Below, one piece after another: positions 52,719-64,000 of a stretch of 64,000 nucleotides of DNA. The notes beneath the pieces are model-generated. The model made no database searches and was not told the DNA's origin. It saw nothing but the letters and a program-made list of their open reading frames with translations. The stretch comes from Octopus sinensis (lineage: Eukaryota), in the NCBI RefSeq assembly GCF_006345805.1, contig NC_043023.1, positions 21,018,001 to 21,082,000 of the forward strand, written 5' to 3'. Numbering within the stretch: position 1 is the first letter of the stretch; the number at the start of each line of letters is the position of its first letter. The position numbers and the translations under genes are program-made.

Positions 52719-52980
52719 ACTTGCTTCGGGCATTGGAACGCGGCCATGCTGGGGCACTGCCGCGAAGGGTTTCAGTTGCAGCGAAAACAACGAGCTCCCC
52801 ACCCCCAGCGCCTTAGACATATTTTGATTCTGATATTCAGTCGAGAGGGACAAACGTATACCATCGGTCTGTTTGGCTGAACCACTAGGCTGCGGGGATA
52901 TAAACATACAAACACCGGTTGTCAAGCAGTGCGATGGAGGATAAACACACAGATGCAGGTACGCATACACACACACACGT
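52719..52980 (-). mobile_element. Diverged SINE-A-related 3' half
   Basis: GCTTGACAACCGG and GCCCCAGCATGGCCGC on the minus strand. Confidence 0.6.
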
Positions 52981-53059
52981 ATATACGTTTATATATATAT
53001 ATATATATATACATACATATATATATATATATAGATATATATATATATATATATATATA

Positions 53060-53472
53060 GGCGCAGGAGTGGCTGTGTGGTAAGTAGCTTGCTTACAAGC
53101 CACATGGTTCCGGGGGTTCAGTCCCACTGCGTGGCATCTTGAGCAAGTGTCTTCTGCTATAGCCCCGGGCCGACCAATGCCTTGTCAGTGGATTTGGTAG
53201 ACGGAAACTGAATGAAGCCTGTCGTATATATATATATATATTATATATATATGTGTGTATGTGTGTGTGTTTGTGTGTCTGTGTTTGTCCCCCTAGCATT
53301 GCTTGACAACCGATGCTGGTGTGTTTACGTCCCCGTCACTTAGCGGTTCGGCAAAAGAGACTGATAGAATAAGTACTGGGCTAACAAAGAATAAGTCCTG
53401 GGGTCGATTTGCTCGACTAAAAGGCGGTGCTCCAGCATGGCCACAGTCAAATTAGTGAAACAAGTAAAAGAG
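53060..53472 (+). mobile_element. SINE-A, full length
   Basis: Head to tail. Confidence 0.9.
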
Positions 53473-53487
53473 TATATATATATATAT

Positions 53488-53800
53488 CACCGTGATCACC
53501 GTGACCGACCAGGCTATCAGATGTTGTTACACATCGCTGGTCACAATGTACTTCGCATTGTTTTTGCATTTAAATGACGCCACCCTGTTGGCTAAGCGAG
53601 CAGGCCAACAGGAGAAAGGATGAGAGAAAGTTGTGGCGAAAGAGTACAGCAGGGATCGCCACCACCATCCCCTGCCGGAGCCTCGTGGAGATTTTAGGTG
53701 TTTTCGCTCAATAAACACTCACTACGCCCGGTCTGGGAATCGAAACCGCGATCTTACAACCGCGAGTCCGCTACCCTAACCACTGGGTCATTGCGCCTCC
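53488..53800 (-). mobile_element. SINE-C with tail type 2
   Basis: Tail matches 45325-45455. Confidence 0.82.
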
Positions 53801-53862
53801 TCACACACACACATATATATATATACAGGATTGAAAAGGAACACACGAGTTGATGGGTATAA

Positions 53863-54241
53863 GGAAAAAAGACAAGGTAGAAAATGCTAAAATGATTTTA
53901 TCATAAAAGATATTTCAGTACCGGTTTCAGTCATTGACACTTTTTCAATTCTAAGTATGGGAAATGATTAAATTTTTGAAAAATCAAATGGAAAGGTTTT
54001 TAAAAGAATCTTTGGGTTCGACCTCGAACCCACAAGAGTAAACAAGAGATACAGAAACAGGCGGAAACAAGGAAAATGCCCATTGTGTTTGAATACTGTG
54101 CAAGTATTCTTTTAAAAAATCTTTTCATTTAATTTTCCCAAAATTTGTTTTCCATACTTAGAAAGTCTGAATGACCGAAACCGGTACTAAAATTTTTTTA
54201 TGATAAAATTTTTGTAGCATTTTCTACCTTGACTTATTTTC
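53863..54241. repeat. Foldback element with about 140-bp inverted arms
   Basis: CAAGGTAGAAAATGCTA...GTACCGGTTTC...TTTTAAAAGAAT and its reverse complement at 54106-54241. Confidence 0.85.
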
Positions 54242-54253
54242 ATTATATATATA

Positions 54254-54649
54254 GGCGCAGGAGTGGCTGTGTGGTAAGTAGCTTGCTAACCAAACATATG
54301 GTTCCGGGTTCAGTCCCACTGCGTGGCATCTTGGGCAAGTGTCTTCTGCTATAGCCCCGGGTCGACCAATGCCTTGTGAGTGGATTTGGTAGACGGAAAC
54401 TTATATATATATATAAGTGTGTGTGTATATGTTTGTGTGTCTGTGTTTGTCCCCCTAGCATTGCTTGACAACCGATGCTGGTGTGTTTACGTCCCCGTCA
54501 CTTAGCGGTTCGGCAAAAAAGAGACCGATAGCATAAGTACTGGGCTTACAAAGAATAAGTCCCGGGTTGAGTCGATTTGCTCGACTAAAGGCGGTGCTCC
54601 AGCATGGCCACAGTCAAATGACTGAAACAAGTAAAAGAGTAAAAGAGTA
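54254..54649 (+). mobile_element. SINE-A
   Basis: Head to tail with a small internal deletion. Confidence 0.9.
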
Positions 54650-55084
54650 CCGTATCGCTGCTTCTGAAAGAATTCACCAATTAAGTGGGGGGGAGGGGTC
54701 TATTGAGTTCTAATCAACTCAAGACTAATTCTAAGTTGGCGATACTTTCGGAAACACTCTGGCGGATTTGATTCGGTCTTCCTTGTTCTTCCAAATAAGA
54801 CCTGGACCATTCCTTTAGTGACTTCCACCAAAATATAACAAACCACAGAAAATAGTTTTAGTACCACGACCACCAACCGTTCCATTAATTTCCATATTTG
54901 GAAGAATCCGGAGAGATTTCGGATAGAATGCTTGGGAGGGTCGGGGAATATTTGTCGCGATTCCTTACGTTTTCCGAATTTAAATCCTGCCATATTCAAT
55001 ATTTGGGTCTTCCTTCCATCTGGAGCGGGGTCGGCGTCAATAAATAAAATACCAGTCAACCTCTGAGGGGGGGGGCCTTTCGTT

Positions 55085-55300
55085 CTTCCTTCCTCTTTCT
55101 TGTTCTCTCCTTCTCTCTTTCTCTCTTCCTCTCTCTCTCCCCTCTCTCTCTCTCTCTCTCTAACTCACGTCTGTCTTTTTCTCTCTCCATTTATTTTCAT
55201 TCTCCTTTATTGTGTCTGTGTCTCTCTTTATCTGTTCATCTCTTTCTCTGTCTTTCTCTATCTATTTATCTCTATCTCTCTTTTTCTCTCTCTCTCTCTT

Positions 55301-55331
<31 letters not shown>

Positions 55332-56285
55332 ATTCTCTTTAATCTCTCTCGTTCCTTCTGATTCTCTGTCACTCCTTCCCTTCGCCTCTTTCCCTCTCAC
55401 ATTCTCTCTCTCCCCTTCTATCTCTCTCTCTGCTTTTCTCTCTCTCCCATTCTCTCTCTCCCCTTCTCTCTCTATCTCTCTCTCTCTCTCTTTTTGTCCT
55501 ATCCTTTTCCTTCTTCTCTTCTTCCTTCTCAATCTCCCTCCTCAGTTCCCTATAACTTTCCCACTCAGTGACTCACTACATCTCTCTACCCGTCTCTCTG
55601 TCTCGCTCTCTTGCTCTCTCAAACACACACACACACACACGCACACACACACACGCACACACACACACGCACACACTCCTGTGTGTTTTTCTTTCTCTCT
55701 CACACACACACGCACACACACACACGCAGAGATTCCTTCTGTGTCTTTCTCTCTCTCACGCACAAACACACACATACTACCCACGCACACACACACTTCT
55801 GTGTGTGTATCTCTCTCACACACAAACGCACACACACACACACAGTTCTTCCGTATGTCTCTCTCCCCCTTCTCTCTCTCTCACTCCTTTATCTTTCTTA
55901 TCCTTTCTCTGTCTTTCTCTCGCCCTCTCTCTCAAACACACACACACACACACACAAACACTCACACACACACGCACTCCTTCTGTGTATTTTTCTTTCT
56001 CTCTCACACACACACGCACACACACACACACACTCTTCTTCTGTGTGTCTTTCACTCTCTCACGCACGCACACACACACTCCTGTGTGTGTATCTCTCTC
56101 ACACACAAACGCACACACACACACACTCTTCTTCCGTATGTCTCTCTCCCCCTTCTCTCTCTATCTCTCTCTTTTGTCTTTCTTATCCTTTCACTGTCTT
56201 CCTATCGCTCTCTCTCTCACACACACACACACAAATACACACATACACACACACAAATGCACACACACACACACACACTCTCCTC
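55085..56285. repeat. (CT)n/(CA)n low-complexity block with an internal duplication of about 285 bp
   Basis: TTCTTCCGTATGTCTCTCTCCCCCTTC at about 55845 and 56130. Confidence 0.9.
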
Positions 56286-56636
56286 TCGCCAACTCTTTGC
56301 CTCTCACCTTATGCTTCAATTAATTAGGAAAATAACGAAGAATTTAATAAACTAACTTTGTAATTAATAAGTGGGTGCTTGGACCATAAATTAATACGAA
56401 ATTTTCACAGAAGCTTTTAATTTCGTTCACATTAAAAGCGAAAGTTTGTATCGCAGAACCATGAACAGTCGCAGAGAGATTATTATCAAACGGATTAAAG
56501 CTTTAGATTCTCACTGATAATTCTTCAATTGTATGTGGATTAAAGATTGGAGCCACAAATCCTTGATTTTCTTCTAAAGGTGGCTCTAACGCCATCTGTC
56601 GGCAATGAGGAATAAAAGCTAGTAATTAAAATACCT

Positions 56637-57421
56637 ATTTCTTTACTACCCACAAGGGGCTAAACACAGAGAGGTCAAACAAGGACAGACAAAGGGATTA
56701 AGTCGATTACATCGACCCCAGTGCGTAACTGGTACTTATTTAATCGACCCCGAAAGGATGAAAGGCAACGTCGACCTCGGCGGAATTTGAACTCAGAACG
56801 TAGCGGCAGACGAAATACCCATTTCTTTACTACCCACAAGGGGCTAAACACAGAGGGGACAAACAAGGACAGACAAACGGATTAAGTCGATTACATAGAC
56901 CCCAGTGCGTAACTGGTACTTATTTAATCGACCTCGAAAGGATGAAAGGCAAAGTAGACCTCGGCGGAATTTGAACTCAGAACGTAACGGCAGACGAAAT
57001 ACCCATTTCTTTACTACCCACAAGGGGCTAAACACAGAGGGGACAAACAAGGACAGACAAACGGATTAAGTCGATTACATCGACCCCAGTGCATAACTGG
57101 TACTTATTTAATCGACCCCGAAAGGGTGAAAGGTAAAGTCGACCTCGGCGGAATTGGAACTCAGAACGTAACGACAGACGAAATAACTATTTCTTTACTA
57201 CCCACAAGGGGCTAAACACAGAGGGGACAAACAAGGACAGGCAAACGGATTAAGTCGATTACATCGACCCCAGTGCGTAACTGGTACTTATTTAATCGAC
57301 CCCCGAAAGGATGAAAGGCAACGTCGACCTCGGCGGAATTTGAACTCAGAACGTAACGGCAGACGAAATACTGCTAAGCATTTCGCTCGGCGTGCTAACG
57401 ATTCTGCCAGCTCGCCACCTT
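56637..57421 (-). mobile_element. SINE-B tetramer (184-bp units, one head)
   Basis: Units at 56641, 56825, 57009 and 57193; TSD TAGTAATTAAAATA at 56620-56633 and 57425-57438. Confidence 0.93.
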
Positions 57422-57624
57422 AATTAGTAATTAAAATATCGTGACCTCCAATTGAAAGGTCACAGCTTCGGTACAACGGATATGTGGTTAGAATGTTGTA
57501 GTATAGCATCGTAAGACGGGTTCTTCAGACTGAGCCAACCAAGTGCAGACCCAGGCGTAGACAAAGAATGAAAGGGGTTTGATAATATCCATTCGGTCTG
57601 GAGTTTCTCGAGATCGATTTGGTG

Positions 57625-57694
57625 CTTCACGCTACGGAGAGCAACTTCACGCTACGGAGAGCTACTTCACGCTACGGAGAGCTACTTCACGCTA
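57625..57694. repeat. 20-bp tandem repeat, 3.5 copies
   Basis: CTTCACGCTACGGAGAGCTA. Confidence 0.9.
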
Positions 57695-58687
57695 CTAGCA
57701 ATACTGGTGTTTGACTGACTAGCACACTCAGTCACTTAGTAACAACTATACCTGTTGCCTTTCGGTTGTAAATTGCGAATAGCCAGCTTCATAATTCATA
57801 TAATATATATATATTTATCACAGAAACAGCTGTAAGACTTTGAATTGTTTTCCAATAATAATAATGTATATGACTTGAGAAGTCATTTGTTATCCTCTTT
57901 AACATTTATATATCCGCTATATCGGAGATCAGCAATGGCCCCATAACTACCGCCTCGGCTATAACCTTGGAGCCCTGATAATCTGTTACACCACTTACCT
58001 AGTGTGCCTAATTGTTTAGATCACCTGTGAACTAAACCCCCATATCTTATATAAACAAATATTTTTACTTTCGACACATGTTTCGAAAATTCCACTGATA
58101 CTATTCAAAAGAATAAATGGTATAAACAATGCAATCTTCTCCTCAGGAAAGTGAAAAAAACCAAACTCGTCAATAAGACATTTTAGCAAAAAATGATGGA
58201 TTTGTATAGCTATGGACAGAACGCTATTAATATTGTTTAAAAAAACGTTATATGATATAACGTCATAAGTAGCTAACAGAAAGAGTAGGGATATTAATAG
58301 TGAATGTTAAATATAAAGGAAATTAAAGTTTGAATTATATATAATGATAGAGACTACTTATATGCACTAAATGTATGTTTTTGCCAATGCTTACATCTGT
58401 ATGCTCGCTCTATAACCGTGTTTACTAGAGTATTTTTAGAAAAAATAATGAAAAATAGCTCAGAATTGCAGAGAAGACAGAATTTCTTGCCTTTGTCATA
58501 TGGTATCGAAATTGAGAGGATCAACCATTCTAAATGAAATTGTTCATTGTGGTCTTTTAAATCCCAAATCAGTTTATTTCTATCCCTAAATGTTGAGATT
58601 TTACTTGTGAGATTTTTGCTCCCCTGGTAACTATTTATTTATTTTTCCGTGTTAATTGTTAACAAGGTAAAAATACACTCATCTATT

Positions 58688-58763
<76 letters not shown>

Positions 58764-58846
58764 CTTTTTCAAAATGTGACCTCGTGTGTACCGTTAGCGA
58801 TTTTTTTTCCTCCGTCTTCCCTTCTTTGGATCTTTCCTTCTCCTAT

Positions 58847-58881
58847 GTTTCCGATGAAGAGCTCCGCTCAAAACGTTAAAC
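58847..58881 (+). ncRNA. Degenerate minimal type I hammerhead ribozyme motif (Penelope-associated type)
   Basis: GTTT-CCGATGA-A-GAGC/TCC/GCTC-AAAA-CGTT-AAAC; two core mismatches. Confidence 0.45.
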
Positions 58882-59834
58882 CCTCCTTCTTTCCTTCTTT
58901 CCTGAGCGTCCAATAATACTTTATTTGTTCCACGTCCTCGCGTTGTTGTGTTTTTTCTGTGCTTTCTTGTTTGGATTAACTTTATATATATATATATATA
59001 GATACATCAAATAACACGGTATAGTCCCTAGTTCGTTGCAATCCACCCACGCCCTTCTCATACGACTAAAATGTCTTTCTCCATCGTTAATACATAAACT
59101 AACATTATTCTAATTTAATCTAACTTTACCACATGTTAAAATTCCAGCAACAACAATGGCAGCCATAAAATCGTTAATTACAAGCTCAGCATTTAATGAA
59201 TCATTTCACTTTATTTGTCATTAACTCACACATTTCATAATTTCCTCACGTTACGGAAATCACTCCATTAACGTCTTTCAGATAATTTATTGCTGTTTCA
59301 CTAACGAGTATTTTCAAATCACTAATTCCTCGTGGCTGACCAATCGTGAAGACATGTCTGGCCCAGGGGTTAGCGTGTTGCTCTGAAGATCGTAAGCTCG
59401 CGGGTTCGATTCCTCGACAGGGCAGTACGCCGTGTCCTTGAGCGTGTCACTTTATTTCACTTTTCTCTTTTTACTCACCTAGAAATGAGTGAACCAGTCG
59501 ACCACTGGTTCAATCCCTTTCTCTGCCTTCTCTTTCTCCTTGTATTTTGCTTTCTCTCTTCCTCTATCTTCTCTCTCTCTCTCTCCTCTCTCATCAGCGT
59601 TCACACCCTTGATATTTCATTAAATCAAGGGTGAATATTGCAGACTGTGTGTATACATACACTCACACACACATATATATATATAAACATATATATATAT
59701 GTATTATATAAATATATATATATATATATATAATATATATATATATGTTTATATTGTATATGTATATATATATTGTATATAATATTGTGTATATTATATA
59801 TGTATATATATATATATATGTGTATATATATATG

Positions 59835-59876
<42 letters not shown>

Positions 59877-59893
59877 TTATATGATATATAGAC

Positions 59894-59934
<41 letters not shown>

Positions 59935-59942
<8 letters not shown>

Positions 59943-60166
59943 TGTGTCTGTGTTTGTCCCCCTAGCATTGCTTGACAACCGATGCTGGTGTGTTACGTCC
60001 CCGTCACTTAGCGGTTCGGCAAAAAGAGACCGATAGAATAAGTGCTAGACATACAAAGAATAAGTCCTGCGATCGATTTGCTCGACTGTAAAGGAGGTGC
60101 TCCAGCATGGCCGCAGTCAAATGACTGAAACAAGTAAAAGAGTAAAAGAGTAAAAGAGTAAAAGAG
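59935..60166 (+). mobile_element. SINE-A 3' half
   Basis: Follows a (TA)/(TG) tract; tail (GTAAAAGA)n. Confidence 0.85.
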
Positions 60167-61051
60167 CCGGTTTCTAACCTAGATCCAAGGCTACATCATT
60201 GGAATTTTAACATCAAAAACAGGGTATTTTTGTTTATTTTTATGTATGTGTAAATGCAGATTTGTATGTCTTGATTTTTGTATGTATTCTCATGCATATA
60301 GCTACATATCTAAACATTCTCATATACATTTAAATGAAAAACTTCTGGATAGTTTTACAGATTTTTACAGTTCCAGTGATGGATTGGATCTGTAGTCTTC
60401 GAATTAGCTTTCTTCTTTCTGGTTTTGAGAAGCCTAATTTCTCGAGATTGGTATTTAGGCAGCATGTGTGTATGTACATGTGTATGTACGTGTGTGTGTG
60501 TGTGTGTGTATCTATTGTTGCATAAGCGTATGTATGTATGTATGTATGTATGGATGGATGGATGGATGGATAGATAGATGGATAGATAGATGGATAGATA
60601 GATTATGTATGTATGTATGTATGTAAGTATGTATGTATGAATGTATGTATGTATGTAAGTATGTATGTATGTATGTATGCATGCATGTATGTATGTATGT
60701 ATGTATGTATGTATGCATGTATGTATGTATGTATGCGTGTATGTATGTATGTATGTATGTATGTATGTTTGTATGTATGTATGTATGCATGCATGTATGT
60801 ATGCATGTATGTATGTATGTATGTATGTATGTATGTATGCGTGTATGTATGTATGTATGTATGTATGCATGTATGTATGCATGTATGTATGTATGTATGC
60901 GTGTATGTATGTATGTATGCATGCATGTATATATGCATGTATGTATGTATGTATGTATGTATGTATGTATGTATGTATGCATGTAAGTATGTATATAAGT
61001 ATGTATGTATGCATGTATGTATATATGTATGTATGTATATATGTATGTATG

Positions 61052-61083
<32 letters not shown>

Positions 61084-61095
61084 TGTATGTATGTG
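60167..61095 (-). mobile_element. Second RLE family 3' end, with (TATG)n at 60460-61095
   Basis: LQILSITGTVKICKTIQKFFI-like end plus 3' UTR motif. Confidence 0.7.
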
Positions 61096-61390
61096 TGTGA
61101 CGGACTTCTTCCAGTTTCCGTCTAAGATTAACAGAGATATAATTGCAAATTACGTCCTAGTTCTCACAGAGTTGAAGGGAACCCGAAACGATGAGGTTGT
61201 GAAGCAATCCCTGCCTGGCACTACACGGGCAAAACACAGCGCCACCTAAATTAGTTAGCGAAAGGAAGGTACCCCTTACCAGGTCACATCCTCTCAGAAG
61301 CGACGGTTGAGCAAGCTTGGCGAGTAGTCATTCATATCGTTCCTGACTGCAATTTTCTTAAATACAAACCGAACCATTACAAATAGCACC

Positions 61391-61465
<75 letters not shown>

Positions 61466-61471
<6 letters not shown>

Positions 61472-61876
61472 TCTTTTATTTGTTTCAGTCATTTTGACTG
61501 CGGCCATGCTGGAGCACCGCCTTTTTAATCAAGCAACTCGACCCTGGGACTTATTCCTTTGTAAGCCCAGTACTTATTCTATCGGTCTCTTTTGCCGAAT
61601 CGCTAAGTAACGGGGACGTAAACACACCAGCATCGGTTGTCAAGCAATGCTAGGGGAACAAACACAGACACACAAACACACACACACATACATATATATA
61701 TATACATATATATGACGGGCTTCTTTCAGTTTCCGTCTACCAAATCCACTCACAAGGCTTTGGTCGGCCCGAGGCTATAGTAGAAGACACTTGCCCAAGG
61801 TGCCACGCAGTGGAACTGAACCCGGAACCATGTGGTTGGTTAGCAAGCTACTTACCACACAGCCACTCCTGCGCCT
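61466..61876 (-). mobile_element. SINE-A, full length
   Basis: Reverse complement of the family consensus. Confidence 0.9.
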
Positions 61877-62214
61877 ATACGTCTAATTCCATCAGAACCC
61901 ATAATCTTCCAAGAAAGAACCAATGCCGTTTCTCTTCACAGAACATTTGAAACTGAAAAACATCGGAATTAAAAATGTCCCTGTATTTTGGAGCCTGCTA
62001 GATACTTCATGCTGTCCAGCGGTTTGGAAAAGAAGGACGTCCATTATGACTATTTTAGGAAATTAACTTCCTCTCCCAGACCTAACCACGGTCTTTGAGT
62101 AGAAAGAATGGCATTATTATTATACTTTGCAAAAGGAATAAAATATCTGTGTATCATAGCAGCGATCCGTTTCCCAGTTTCTCGGTGGATGTAAATGTCT
62201 CTATAAATTAAGGA

Positions 62215-62370
62215 AAATGAGAACATCTATGGAGAGCTGACAAGGAACTTACAGCTCTTGTATCCATGCCATACATGTCCATTTGTTTCCATTATCATAG
62301 GTGCCCTGAGCAACGTCACAACAGATTTGCCTAGAAAATTTGAGATGTCTAGGCTCTCAAAAACAGAAGA
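62215..62370 (+). pseudogene. Second RLE family fragment
   Basis: YGELTRNLQLLYP...IIIGAL. Confidence 0.6.
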
Positions 62371-62423
62371 AAGAATGGATTTTATTTTACTATTGAGGTT
62401 CTTGGAATGACTATACAAATACG

Positions 62424-62840
62424 TATTTCTTTACTACCCACAAGGGACTAAACACAGAGGGGACAAACAAGGACAGACAAACGGATTAATTCGATTATAT
62501 CGACCCCGGTGCGTAACTGGTACTTATTTAATCGACCCCGAAAGGATGAAAGGCAAAGTCGACCTCAGCGGAATTTCAACTCAGAACGTAACGGCAGACG
62601 AAATACCTATTTCTTTACTACCCACAAGGGGCTAAACACAGAGAGGACAAACAAGGACAGACAAACGGATTAAGTCGATTACATCAACCCCAGTGCGTAA
62701 CTGGTACTTATTTAATCGACCCCGAAAGGATGAAAGGCAAAGTCGACCTCGGCGGAATTTGAACTCAGAACGTAGCGGCAAACGAAATACCGCTAAGCAT
62801 TTCGTCCAGCGCGCTAATAATTCTGCCAGCTCGCCGCCTT
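62424..62840 (-). mobile_element. SINE-B dimer
   Basis: TSD AATGACTATACAAATAC at 62406-62422 and 62841-62857. Confidence 0.92.
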
Positions 62841-63123
62841 AATGACTATACAAATACAGCCTCATAAATGACTGTCAGTTTCAGATGTTCTATAAAGAGA
62901 CACGGCGTTGACTCTTTCGTGAAAGACTACGTGTGTTGATATAATCTGCTTTTAAATATGTGCTATGTGAGTCCAGTATAGTTTCTCTGGATATCAGTGT
63001 CAGACGTTTATAGAAGCTCTGTATATCGCCGCTTTATAAACATCTAAGCCGTTTAGTGGAAATTCCTGGGCAAGGTTTCGATTACAATCTGGGTGTTGAG
63101 AGGTGAGTCGAAAAAGTGGGAAA

Positions 63124-63558
63124 GGCACAGGAGTGGCTGTGTGGTAAGTAGCTTGCTTACGAACCACATGGTTCCGGGTTCAATCCCACTGCGTGGCACC
63201 TTGGGTAAGTGTCTTCTACTATAGCCTCGGGCCGACCAAAGCCTTGTGAGTGGATTCGGTAGACGGAAACTGAAAGAAGCCCGTCGTACATATATATATA
63301 TATGTGTGTGTGTATGTATGTATGTATGTATGTATATGTTTGTGTTTCTGTGTTTGTCCCCCCAACATCGCTTGACAACCGATGCTGGTGTGTTTACGTC
63401 CTCGTAATTTAGCGGTTCGGCAAAAAGAGATCGATAGAATATGTACTAGGCTTACAAAGAATAAGTCCTGGGGGGTCGATGTGCTCAACTAAAAAGCGGT
63501 GCTCCAGCATTGCCGCAGTCAAATGACTGAAACAAGTAGAAGAGTAGTAAAAGAGTAT
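63124..63558 (+). mobile_element. SINE-A, full length
   Basis: Head to tail. Confidence 0.9.
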
Positions 63559-63695
63559 AGCTACGTATTATTATCAAATACTGACAAGAACGCTCTGCCT
63601 ATGTTCGTTATTTCATTTATGTTCCTAAGTGAGGTGAACCCTGTACTAGAGTCCAATTTATACTCCGGTGTTTTCTAAGAGATATTAGTTCTAAA

Positions 63696-64000
63696 GGAGG
63701 CGCAATGGCCCAGTAGTTAGGGCAGCGGACTCGCGGTCATAGGATCGCGGTTTCGATTCCCAGACCGGGCGTTGTGAGTGTTTATTGAGCGAAAACACCT
63801 AAAAGCTCCACGAGGCTCCGGCAAGGGATGGTGGTGATCCCTGCTGTACTCTTTCACCACAACTTTCTCTCACTCTTACTTCCTGTTTCTGTTGTACCTG
63901 TATTTCAAGGGGCCGGCTTGTCACTCTCTGTGTCACGCTGAATCCCCCCAAGAACTACGTTAAGGGTACACGTGTCTGTGGAGTGCTCAGCCACTTGCAC
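63696..64000 (+). mobile_element. SINE-C, cut by the window end
   Basis: GGAGGCGCAATGGCCCAGTAG...GGTTTCGATTCCC head. Confidence 0.9.

Noticed and set aside
54700-55059. 119-aa ORF as a single-exon gene
   Set aside because: Non-ATG start, no recognisable domain, no supporting context
56637-57421. SINE-B arrays as hammerhead retrozymes
   Set aside because: Unit size fits, but no hammerhead core was found on either strand; other ribozyme classes were not excluded
63696-63770. SINE heads as tRNA genes
   Set aside because: A/B boxes are present, but there is no acceptor stem and each head continues into a SINE body

Overview
Eukaryotic, AT-rich, repeat-dominated window with one 100-N scaffold gap (37688-37787). 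The SINE families and microsatellite load look like an octopus/coleoid cephalopod genome (inference). No complete host gene is present; the best host-gene signal is a minus-strand exon encoding a signal peptide and a glycosylated S/T-rich segment (10514-10736). Retroelements: a near full-length but broken CR1-type LINE whose ORF1 has a Myb/SANT-like and a CCCH domain, two RTE families, a Tx1/L1 3' fragment, R4/Dong-like elements in (TAA)n, a second RLE-type family tied to (CATA)n, and Penelope-like relics. Three main tRNA-derived SINE families (called A, B, C here), a head-to-tail Helitron-like array, a 144-bp satellite with a 9-mer higher-order repeat, and many microsatellites are also present. 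Most interesting: SINE-B repeatedly joins its 3' end to GGTAYTT sites, including sites inside itself on both strands, giving one-head/many-body arrays. Its tail matches the Tx1-like LINE, while the SINE-A tail matches the CR1 LINE with a covarying stem-loop. All alignments and counts were done by eye.
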